The translations under genes and the position numbers were made by a program. Positions 8,596 through 15,928 of a DNA stretch of 47,695 nucleotides are shown in pieces. Origin of the DNA: Bacillota bacterium (GTDB lineage: Bacteria > Bacillota > UBA4882 > JAAYXC01); assembly GCA_012516115.1 (NCBI GenBank), contig JAAYXC010000076.1, positions 1 through 47,695 on the forward strand. Reading direction: 5' to 3'. The notes beneath the pieces are model-generated. The model worked only from the letters and a program-made list of their open reading frames with translations, was not told where the DNA came from and searched no databases. Every line of letters starts with the position of its first letter. Positions within the stretch are counted from its first letter, which is position 1.

Positions 8596-9327
8596 TCAGC
8601 GGCGTAGGCCGATGAGGAAAGGCCAGACCGCGGCGGCGAGGAAGGAAACCGCGCCGAGGGCGACGAAGAACGCGCCCACCGTGGCGTCGTATTGCAGGAG
8701 GTCGAGTTTACCCAAAAGGTAGTTCCAGTCGTGTTCACCGCCGATCAAGGGCAGATTCACGGCCCGGGCGTCGGCGGCGTAACGGGCCACGTTGAGGAAG
8801 GATTGGCCGAGCCAGAAGAGGGCGAACTGGACTCCCAGCGTCCTCCCGCCGCGGGCGAAAGTGAAGGCCGCCACGCCCGGGATGAGGAGTTGCATGAGGG
8901 TTCCGCCGAGGAACCCCACGAACTCCCCAAAGAAGCTGAAAAAGACGTGGCCCGCTTCATGGAAAGGCACGTCTATCCAGTCGATAAACGTAGCCGGGCG
9001 ACAAAGGAGAAAATACCCGCCGGCAAAGGCGAACACGGCGGCCTGGATCCATCGCTGAAGGGAGAATGATGCGGCAGCCGGGCGCTTATCCCGGGTCGTG
9101 GTTTCTTGATGGAACGAAGAAGGGAGGGGTTCGGGTCGCGGAGGTGCGGCCGCAGGCGGCGGCTTCTCCGGGAAGACCTCCGCCAGGAGCGTCTTTCGTC
9201 CTTCTTCGTCTTCCAGTTCGGTCAGGTCGTCGAGGGCGCCGCCGGAGACCAGTTGCGCCAGCTCCTCCCGGGTGAAAGGCCCCAGGCGTTCCCCATCGCG
9301 CAGGACGTAATAACGTGGGACGGTCAT
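8596..9327 (-). CDS. GYF_2 (DUF4339) domain protein fused to an M50B-like polytopic membrane domain
   Basis: ORF 8596..9366. The internal ATG at 9327 is preceded by AAGGGGAAAGGAA. 'YYVLRDGERLGPFTREELAQLV' is a GYF_2 signature. The membrane part carries 'HEAGHVFF' (HExxH). Confidence 0.6.
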   Translation of the reverse strand: MTVPRYYVLRDGERLGPFTREELAQLVSGGALDDLTELEDEEGRKTLLAEVFPEKPPPAAAPPRPEPLPSSFHQETTTRDKRPAAASFSLQRWIQAAVFAFAGGYFLLCRPATFIDWIDVPFHEAGHVFFSFFGEFVGFLGGTLMQLLIPGVAAFTFARGGRTLGVQFALFWLGQSFLNVARYAADARAVNLPLIGGEHDWNYLLGKLDLLQYDATVGAFFVALGAVSFLAAAVWPFLIGLRR

Positions 9328-9442
9328 TTGTTTTGTTCCTTTCCCCTTGTCGGGATCGGCCTTCATCCCTCACCCCGCCGGGGGAATAAAAGTAACGCGT
9401 CCGGCCCCGTCCGTTTTGCCCGCGGCGAACGGCCGTTTTTAT

Positions 9443-10399
9443 CTATACAACCCTGATGGCGAACTGCGGGCAGAGGGGCACGCAGTAACCGCACCGCAGG
9501 CAGAGATGGGGGTCGATGCTTGCCTTGCCTTCGACCATGCTGATGGCGGCATTGGGACATCCGGCGATACAGGTCCCGCAGCCCTGGCAGAGGGAGGCCG
9601 TGACGAGGACCCGTTTCCCGCCGCCGGCGATGGAAGGCGGGGGGCCGGCCGGAGGCTCGCCGGCGAAGAAGGCCACGTTGTAGTCGACCTCCCCGGGGGC
9701 CACCATCCCGAGGGCGATGGCATGGAACGGCACGGTATCGCGGACGAAGGCGATGGATTCGGCGAAGGAGTCGAGCAGGATCCCTCCGGCCAAAACCTTC
9801 ATCAGGTAGACTCCCTTACCCGCCTCGTAGCTCCGGCGGATGGCACATGCCATCTCGGCCACCGTGCCGCCCAGGATCCCGCGGCCCTCGCGGTTGTAAA
9901 GGGGAAAGACCACCTCGATCTCGGGGCGTTCGGCGGCGGCCATGACCGTCCGCACGTCGTGGGTGGAGATCCCCACCGCGCCGATTACCCCCCGCGCGCG
10001 GTAATCCAGGAGACAGCGGAGGGCCCCCGCCCGCTCGTTAAAGACTTCCGGACCCACGCGGGCCGCATGCAGGTGAAAGATGTCGATGCGGTCCACGGCC
10101 AGCTCGCGGAGGGCTTCCTCTACGGCCGCCTCCATCTCTTCGTAGGTCCTGGCCGCGGACTTGGTGGCGATGACCGGCCGGATGCCGCTCGCGCGAATGG
10201 CCTCCCGGATCGGGGCGTAGGTCCGGTAGGCCTGGGCCGTGTCGACGAAACCGATGCCGGCCCGGAGGGCATGGGCGATGAGAGTGGTGCCCTCGGCCAG
10301 GGGCAGATTTTTCTGGAGGGGGCCCATGGGCAGGGCGCCGAAGCAGAGCTCGGTCACCTCGAGGCCGGTGGGGCCGAGAATGGTGCGCTTGAGGGGCAA
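9443..10399 (-). CDS. aldo/keto reductase with C-terminal 2x[4Fe-4S] ferredoxin domain
   Basis: 318 aa. The AKR-like N-terminus is 'LGPTGLEVTELCFGALPMG...FVDTAQAYRTY'. The C-terminus carries 'CQGCGTCIAGCP' and 'CLRCGYCVPLCP' cluster motifs. Confidence 0.85.
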   Translation of the reverse strand: MPLKRTILGPTGLEVTELCFGALPMGPLQKNLPLAEGTTLIAHALRAGIGFVDTAQAYRTYAPIREAIRASGIRPVIATKSAARTYEEMEAAVEEALRELAVDRIDIFHLHAARVGPEVFNERAGALRCLLDYRARGVIGAVGISTHDVRTVMAAAERPEIEVVFPLYNREGRGILGGTVAEMACAIRRSYEAGKGVYLMKVLAGGILLDSFAESIAFVRDTVPFHAIALGMVAPGEVDYNVAFFAGEPPAGPPPSIAGGGKRVLVTASLCQGCGTCIAGCPNAAISMVEGKASIDPHLCLRCGYCVPLCPQFAIRVV

Positions 10400-10624
10400 C
10401 GGATCACCTTCTTTGGTAATGAAGCAATAGGTTTTAATTTTACATTCCTGCTCCGTTTCCTTCTTCGGTCTGTTGCTTTAATGAAGAAAGCATGTTATAT
10501 TTATACTTATCTGTACTTTCCGGACTATAAGGGCCTATCAACCGGGCGCTGCTTATCCAGAGCGGGTGTGCATGGCCGCGTTTATCTATTAAAAGGCTTG
10601 AGGAACGGGGGACGGGGAGTAAAA

Positions 10625-10735
10625 ATGAAGAAGCGAGTCTTTTCCGGTATTCAACCAACAGGTAACATCCATAGAGGTACTTTTGTTGCCGGTCGCGCCT
10701 GGCGCGTTTGGGCTTCTCGGCGGGTGGATGTTTGA
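10625..10735 (+). pseudogene. trpS: 5' remnant of tryptophanyl-tRNA synthetase
   Basis: An ATG preceded by GGGGAG encodes 'MKKRVFSGIQPTGNIHRGTFVAGRAWRVW', which then hits a stop. 'IFSGIQP(S/T)G..H.GNY.GA' is the invariant TrpRS N-terminus with the HIGH region. Only ~36 codons remain and the rest of the gene is absent. Confidence 0.5.
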
Positions 10736-10890
10736 GGAGGGTGATGGCATACGCGGTGGTGGTAGCCCAAAGTAGCCATGACCTCCTTGTCTGCCGGCAG
10801 GCAGATAAAGGCATCCTTATGTACTTCCCTTCGGTAAGATTTCGTCCAAAGCGTCCGGTCTCCCTTCGGCAAGATAGGGATCGCGTTCGA

Positions 10891-10920
10891 TTGACACGCT
10901 GTGGTCCCTTTTGGTATCAT
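10891..10920 (+). promoter_or_regulatory. sigma-A type promoter (TTGACA - 18 nt - TGgTATCAT) for the pur leader
   Basis: TTGACA at 10891-10896. The extended -10 TGGTATCAT is at 10912-10920. The predicted TSS is ~10927, upstream of the riboswitch. Confidence 0.55.
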
Positions 10921-10964
10921 GAATTCGTGGACGCGTTTGACAAACGAAGAGGAGGCCCCGATGG

Positions 10965-11075
10965 TGGGGTAAGAAAGTGCGCCTAGGGTTCCGCCCGCCA
11001 TGCGGCGGGGCCAGGTCCAAGTGGCGCAGGCGCCGAGACGAGGCGCTACACCCTAGAGGGATAAAAGCCCCGGCG
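10965..11075 (+). promoter_or_regulatory. ykkC-family riboswitch aptamer, probably subtype 2b (PRPP)
   Basis: The ordered conserved blocks are CCUAGGGUUCCG (10982-10993), GGUCC (11013-11017), UACAC (11047-11051) and GGGAUAAAAGCCCCGG (11058-11073). Hairpins CCCGCC/GGCGGG and GCGCC/GGCGC lie between them. UACACCC replaces the guanidine-I UACACGG. It sits directly upstream of a purine de novo operon. Confidence 0.7.
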
Positions 11076-11112
11076 GATAGGTTTCTCTTGGCCTATCCGC
11101 TTTTGTTTTTTT
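11073..11112 (+). terminator. intrinsic terminator (riboswitch expression platform)
   Basis: A 9-bp stem GCGGATAGG / CCTATCCGC (11073-11081 / 11092-11100) is followed by TTTTGTTTTTTT. The 5' arm abuts the aptamer 3' end. Confidence 0.75.
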
Positions 11113-11242
11113 GGTGGAAACGTTCTTTCGGCGCGAGATCCGCGTAATCGCGCTCATGGCCCGTGGTTCGCCGCGTGGGCGCGAAAGCGGTTTACGGATT
11201 TTGGGCACTGCTCGCCGGGCCCGTTTGGTGAGGGGTGGTCTC

Positions 11243-12643
11243 TTGGAGCGCGATATCTTCGCCAACCTCAGTCCGCTGGATCACCGGTATTACGCTGGTA
11301 ACCCCGAGCTCTTCGAGGAACTGGCGGAATACTTGAGCGAAAACGCTTATATCCGTTACCAACTCAAGGTGGAGGCGGCCCTGGCCCGGGCCCTGGCCCG
11401 TCGCGGGCTCTGCGCGCCGGCGATCGCCGAGGAGATCGTGGCCGCCTGCGCCGTGGTCACCCCGGAGGAGGTCTACGTGGAAGAGGCGGTCACCCACCAT
11501 AACGTCCGGGCGCTGGTAAACTGCATCCAGCGGCGGGTGGGCCCGGGCGCCAGGCCCTTCGTTCACCTCACCGCCACTTCCGTCGATATCCTGGACACGG
11601 CCAATGCCCTGCGGCTACGGGCGGTGACCGAGGAGGTCGTCCTCCCCAGGGCGGCCGCGCTGTTGCGTCTCTTGATCGAGTTAGCCCGGCGGGAGAAGGA
11701 GACCCTGCAGATGGGCCGCACCCACGGCCAGCACGCGGTCCCCATCACCTTCGGGTTTGCCCTCGCCCAGTATGTGGCCCGTTTCGGCAATAGGCTCGAG
11801 GCCATCGCCGCCGCGGCCAGGGGCTTGCGCGGCAAGATGTCCGGGGCGGTGGGGGCCTATAACGCCAGTTCGCTTTTCTTCCCCGATCCCGAGGCTTTCG
11901 AGGCCGAAGTCCTATCCGAGCTGGGGCTGGCGCCCGCCGAGATTTCGACCCAGATCGTGCCCCCGGAATACCTGGTGGATTATCTCCACGCGGTGGTCTC
12001 GGCTTTCGGCGTTTTGGCCAACCTGGCCGACGATCTCCGCCACCTGCAGCGGACCGAGATCGGGGAGGTGGCCGAGGCTTTCGCCCCCACCCAGGTGGGC
12101 TCCTCGACCATGCCCCATAAGCGGAACCCGTGGAACTTCGAGCACATCAAGAGCCTCTGGAAGGAATTCGTCCCGCGGATGCTCACCCGTTACCTCGATC
12201 AGATCTCCGAACACCAGCGGGACTTGACCAACTCCGCTTCCGGCCGTTTCGCGCCGGAAATCGTGGTGGGTTTCGTGGCGGCCGTGGAAAGGATGAAGAG
12301 CGTTCTGGCCCGCCTGTACGTGGATCGGGAGCAGATGCGGACGAACTTCGCCGCCAGCGCGGAGACGGTCATCGCCGAACCGCTCTATATCTTGCTCGCT
12401 TACCATGGAGAACCCAAGGCCCACGAGACGGTGCGCCTTTTAACCCTGGAGGCCGAGGAAAAGGGCGTTACCCTTCGCCGGCTTTTAACCGAGCACCCGG
12501 AACGTTTTGGCTTCCTGGCCAAAATGTCCGAGGAGCAGCGGCGGATCCTGGCCGAACCCGAGCGTTACACCGGCCGGGCTGCGGCCAAAACCGAGGAAGT
12601 CTGCGCCCGTTGGGAGCGGCGGTTGGCGGAGATGGGGTTTTAA
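11243..12643 (+). CDS. purB: adenylosuccinate lyase
   Basis: ORF 11111..12643. The TTG at 11243 follows GAGGGGTGG. 'LSPLDHRYY', 'GRTHGQHAVPITFG' and 'GSSTMPHKRNP' (fumarate-lyase signature) are present. The exact start is uncertain, because a GTG at 11228 is also in frame. Confidence 0.88.
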   Translation: MERDIFANLSPLDHRYYAGNPELFEELAEYLSENAYIRYQLKVEAALARALARRGLCAPAIAEEIVAACAVVTPEEVYVEEAVTHHNVRALVNCIQRRVGPGARPFVHLTATSVDILDTANALRLRAVTEEVVLPRAAALLRLLIELARREKETLQMGRTHGQHAVPITFGFALAQYVARFGNRLEAIAAAARGLRGKMSGAVGAYNASSLFFPDPEAFEAEVLSELGLAPAEISTQIVPPEYLVDYLHAVVSAFGVLANLADDLRHLQRTEIGEVAEAFAPTQVGSSTMPHKRNPWNFEHIKSLWKEFVPRMLTRYLDQISEHQRDLTNSASGRFAPEIVVGFVAAVERMKSVLARLYVDREQMRTNFAASAETVIAEPLYILLAYHGEPKAHETVRLLTLEAEEKGVTLRRLLTEHPERFGFLAKMSEEQRRILAEPERYTGRAAAKTEEVCARWERRLAEMGF

Positions 12644-12690
12644 AACGAGGAAAGGTCGCCAGGTATTTTATCTGCGCCGGAGGGGAGTCC

Positions 12691-14124
12691 ATGTTTCTGG
12701 AGATGGAGGCCGCGTTGGAAGAGGAAATACGGGAAGAGTGCGGAGTCTTCGGGATCTTCGCCGAAGATCCCGGGCTCGAGGTGGCCTACCTTACCTTTCT
12801 TGGGCTGCTCGGCCTGCAACACCGGGGCCAGGAGAGCGCGGGCATCGCCGTGACCGACGGGACGCGGGTGGCCTGCCATAAGAACCTGGGATTGGTTCGG
12901 TCGGCCTTCCGGCCCGAGGACTTGAAGGGTCTGACCGGTTTTGCCGCCGTGGGGCACGTCCGGTATTCCACCACCGGGACGACTTCCCTGGCCAACGCCC
13001 AGCCGCTCGTCGCCCGCTTCTCCCGGGGGACCATTGCCTTGGCCCATAACGGGAACCTGGTCAATGCCGACGCCCTCCTGGTGGATCTCGAGATGGCCGG
13101 GTCGGTCTTTCAGTCCACCTCGGACACGGAGGTCATCCTGAACCTCCTCGCCCATTTCAGCCGGGAACCTTTTCCGGAAGCCCTCCGCCGGGCCGCCGAG
13201 AGGCTTGTGGGTTCGTATTCCCTGGTGATGATGACCCGGGATACTCTCTACGGGCTTAGGGACCCCCACGGGAACCGCCCGCTTTGTCTGGGGCGCCTGG
13301 AAGGTGGGTACGTACTGGCCTCGGAGAGCTCGGCCCTCTCTTCCATCGGCGCCAAGTTAATCCGGGACGTGGCCCCGGGCGAGCTCATCACGGTCGACCG
13401 GGAGGGGTTGCACTCCGAGATCCTCCTCCCTCCGGCCCGGCGCGCCATCTGCGCCATGGAATTCATCTATTTCGCCAGGCCGGATAGTGTCATCGAGGGC
13501 CGTTCGGTACACGAGGTCCGTAAAGAGCTGGGCCGGGAATTGGCGCGGGTCCATCCCGTCGAAGCGGATCTGGTGGTCCCCGTCCCCGATAGCGGGTACT
13601 CCATGGCCGTGGGTTTCGCCGCCGAGGCAGGTCTGCCGCTGGATATAGGGCTCATCGCCAATCGTTATGTGGGCCGGACCTTTATCCAACCCCAGCAGGA
13701 ACTCCGCAAACAGGGGGTCACGATCAAGCTCTCGCCCATCGAGGCCGTCCTCCGTGGTAAACGGGTGGTCATCATCGACGACTCCATCGTGCGGGGCACC
13801 ACCACGAGCATCCTCATCAGGCTCCTGCGGGACGCCGGGGCCAGGGAGGTCCATATGTGCGTGAGCTCGCCTCCCTATACCAACCCCTGCTATTACGGGA
13901 TCGACGTCCCGGCCAAGCGCGAGCTCATCGCCTCCTCCCATACCGTAGAAGAGATCCGGCGTTTCATCAACGCCGATACCCTCCATTATCTCCCCATGGA
14001 GAGCCTTCCGCGGGCCATCGGCCTGCCCCTCGACCACCTCTGTCTGGGGTGTTTCAACGGGGAATACCCCACCGAGATCCCGCGGGAGAACGTGGGAAAA
14101 AATCGTCTGGAAAAGGGGGTTTAA
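12691..14124 (+). CDS. purF: amidophosphoribosyltransferase
   Basis: The ATG at 12691 follows GGAGGGGAG. A propeptide precedes 'CGVFGI' (N-terminal nucleophile Cys). The PRPP-binding 'VVIIDDSIVRGTT' is present. It lies within the longer ORF 12130..14124. Confidence 0.92.
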   Translation: MFLEMEAALEEEIREECGVFGIFAEDPGLEVAYLTFLGLLGLQHRGQESAGIAVTDGTRVACHKNLGLVRSAFRPEDLKGLTGFAAVGHVRYSTTGTTSLANAQPLVARFSRGTIALAHNGNLVNADALLVDLEMAGSVFQSTSDTEVILNLLAHFSREPFPEALRRAAERLVGSYSLVMMTRDTLYGLRDPHGNRPLCLGRLEGGYVLASESSALSSIGAKLIRDVAPGELITVDREGLHSEILLPPARRAICAMEFIYFARPDSVIEGRSVHEVRKELGRELARVHPVEADLVVPVPDSGYSMAVGFAAEAGLPLDIGLIANRYVGRTFIQPQQELRKQGVTIKLSPIEAVLRGKRVVIIDDSIVRGTTTSILIRLLRDAGAREVHMCVSSPPYTNPCYYGIDVPAKRELIASSHTVEEIRRFINADTLHYLPMESLPRAIGLPLDHLCLGCFNGEYPTEIPRENVGKNRLEKGV

Positions 14125-14125
14125 G

Positions 14126-15154
14126 ATGGGCTGGACCTATCGGCAGGCCGGGGTAGACATCGAAGCGGCGACGGCGTTGAAGAAACGCCTCAAAGAGCTG
14201 GTCAAGAGCACCTTCGTCCCCGGGGTCCTGGGCGAGCTGGGCGGTTTCGGCGGACTCTTCGCCGTGCCCTCCGGGTTCCGGGACCCCATCCTGGTGGCCA
14301 GCACCGATGGAGTGGGCACGAAGCTCAAGATCGCCGTCCTGGCCGGGCGCCACGACACGGTGGGCCGGGACCTGGTCAACCACTGCGTCGACGACCTCCT
14401 GGTCCAGGGGGCCCGACCCCTATTCTTTCTCGACTACTTCGCCACCGGGCGGCTCGTCCCGGCGCTGGTGGAGGAAGTCGTGACGGGACTGGCCGTGGCC
14501 TGTCGGGAGGCCGGTTGCGCCCTGATCGGAGGGGAGACGGCGGAGATGCCCGGGATGTACCGCGAGGGGGAGTACGACCTCGCCGGGACGATGGTCGGGA
14601 TCGTCGAGCGGGAGGCCCTCTTGCCCCGGGGGGATGTGGCCGCGGGCGATCTCGTCCTGGGGCTCGCCTCCAACGGCCTCCACACCAACGGTTATTCCCT
14701 GGTGCGCCGGCTCTGTCTGGAGGAGATGGGGATGCGTCTCGACGAGTACGTCCCCGCCTTCGGCCGGACCCTGGGGGAAGAACTTTTGCGGATCCACCGG
14801 AACTACGAACCCCTCGTCCGGCCCCTCCTGGCCGCGGGGCTGGTCAAAGCGCTGGTCCACCTGACCGGCGGCGGGTACCAGGGGAACATCCCGCGCGTCC
14901 TCCCTCCCGGGCTCGGGGTGCGGATCGATCCCTCGGGGTGGCCGGTCCAGCCGATCTTTTCCTTCTTGGCCGCCCGGGGCCGCATCGCCCGGGAGGAAAT
15001 GTTCCGGACCTTCAATATGGGCCTGGGGCTCCTCCTCATCGTGGCGCCCGCCGTGGAGGAGCGGGTCCGGGAACTCCTGGCCGTCCGGGGCGAGGAGGTC
15101 TACCGCGCCGGGCTGGTGGTCGAAGGCGCAGGGGTGGAGATCGCAGGGGAGTGA
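14126..15154 (+). CDS. purM: phosphoribosylformylglycinamidine cyclo-ligase (AIR synthetase)
   Basis: 342 aa. 'YRQAGVDIEAA', 'GGFGGLF' and 'DGVGTKLK' are typical of PurM. Confidence 0.93.
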   Translation: MGWTYRQAGVDIEAATALKKRLKELVKSTFVPGVLGELGGFGGLFAVPSGFRDPILVASTDGVGTKLKIAVLAGRHDTVGRDLVNHCVDDLLVQGARPLFFLDYFATGRLVPALVEEVVTGLAVACREAGCALIGGETAEMPGMYREGEYDLAGTMVGIVEREALLPRGDVAAGDLVLGLASNGLHTNGYSLVRRLCLEEMGMRLDEYVPAFGRTLGEELLRIHRNYEPLVRPLLAAGLVKALVHLTGGGYQGNIPRVLPPGLGVRIDPSGWPVQPIFSFLAARGRIAREEMFRTFNMGLGLLLIVAPAVEERVRELLAVRGEEVYRAGLVVEGAGVEIAGE

Positions 15155-15211
15155 GTCCCACCCCCATGGTTTGGGAATGGTTTGGGGGAGGGGACGAAAG
15201 ATGCCAGGGGA

Positions 15212-15245
15212 CCTTCTCCTGCCCGGAGAGGGACCCGGGTGAGGT
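15212..15245. repeat. GGGGTGAG-type palindromic repeat, copy inside the pur operon (purM-purN spacer)
   Basis: CCTTCTCCTGCCCGGAGAGGGACCCGGGTGAGG. Confidence 0.5.
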
Positions 15246-15253
15246 GGTGGAAA

Positions 15254-15874
15254 GTGGGTTTGCTCCGGGTGGCGGTCTTCGTCTCGGGCAATGGGTCGAA
15301 TCTCCAGGCCTTGCTGGATAACCTCACGGGCATGGTGGAGTTCGTTTTGGTGCTTGCGAACAAACCCGATGCCTATGCGCTCGTCCGGGCCGGGAAGGCC
15401 GGCGTGCCGACGGCGGTGGTCCGTTACGAGGACTACCCGCATCGCGCCGCCTTCACCCGGGCCATCCTCGACCTGGTCACCGAGAAGAAAGTCGATCTTA
15501 TCTGTCTCGCCGGATTCAACCGGATTCTGGATCCGCTCTTGATCGAGGCCTTCCCCCTGCGCATCATGAACACCCATCCGGCCCTGCTCCCGGCCTTCGG
15601 AGGCGAAGGCATGTTCGGTCGCCGCGTCCACGAGGCCGTCCTGGCCTCCGGAGCAAAGATCAGCGGGGCCACGGTCCACTTCGTTACCGCCGAGACCGAT
15701 AGGGGCCCCATCATCCTCCAGGCGGCGGTACCGGTCTTGGACGACGACACCCCGGAGACGCTGGCGGGAAGGGTCCTCGCCGCCGAACACCGCCTCTATC
15801 CCGAGGCGGTGAGGCTCTTTGCCGCCGGAAGACTCAGAGTGGAGGGGAACCGGGTTCGCATCATCCCGGGCTAA
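15254..15874 (+). CDS. purN: phosphoribosylglycinamide formyltransferase
   Basis: ORF 15182..15874. The GTG at 15254 follows GAGGTGGTGGAAA. 'VAVFVSGNGSNLQAL', 'NTHPALLPAFGG' and 'GATVHFV' are present. Confidence 0.88.
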   Translation: MGLLRVAVFVSGNGSNLQALLDNLTGMVEFVLVLANKPDAYALVRAGKAGVPTAVVRYEDYPHRAAFTRAILDLVTEKKVDLICLAGFNRILDPLLIEAFPLRIMNTHPALLPAFGGEGMFGRRVHEAVLASGAKISGATVHFVTAETDRGPIILQAAVPVLDDDTPETLAGRVLAAEHRLYPEAVRLFAAGRLRVEGNRVRIIPG

Positions 15875-15928
15875 ATCACCTTTTCCCTTTAGCGGGCACT
15901 CCAACCAAGATAGAGGGGGTATTATCGA

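Noticed and set aside
10440-10620. T-box leader upstream of the trpS fragment
   Set aside because: No recognisable T-box sequence (AAUUAGGGUGGUACCGCG-like) or specifier-loop architecture could be identified by eye. This needs a covariance-model scan.
9347-10735. 462-aa plus-strand ORF
   Set aside because: Most of it is antisense to the well-supported aldo-keto reductase. Only its last ~36 codons (the trpS-like fragment) look like real coding sequence.
10965-11075. Guanidine-I (ykkC subtype 1) or purine/ZTP riboswitch assignment
   Set aside because: The downstream genes are purine biosynthesis, not guanidine carboxylase or efflux genes. The ACACGG block reads ACACCC. No purine-riboswitch (UAUAAU..UAUGGUUUGGGAGUUUCUACC) or ZTP (..CCGCCUGGGCA) signatures were found.
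10927-11112. Stand-alone small RNA (6S, SRP/4.5S) between a strong promoter and a terminator
   Set aside because: The SRP hallmark (GGUCCGGAAGGAAGCAGC) is not present, and no 6S-like long imperfect duplex is seen. The conserved blocks match the ykkC-family riboswitch instead, and the element sits directly upstream of an operon.
14420-15904. 494-aa minus-strand ORF across purM/purN
   Set aside because: Antisense shadow of two strongly supported pur genes, with low-complexity G/P/R/E composition.
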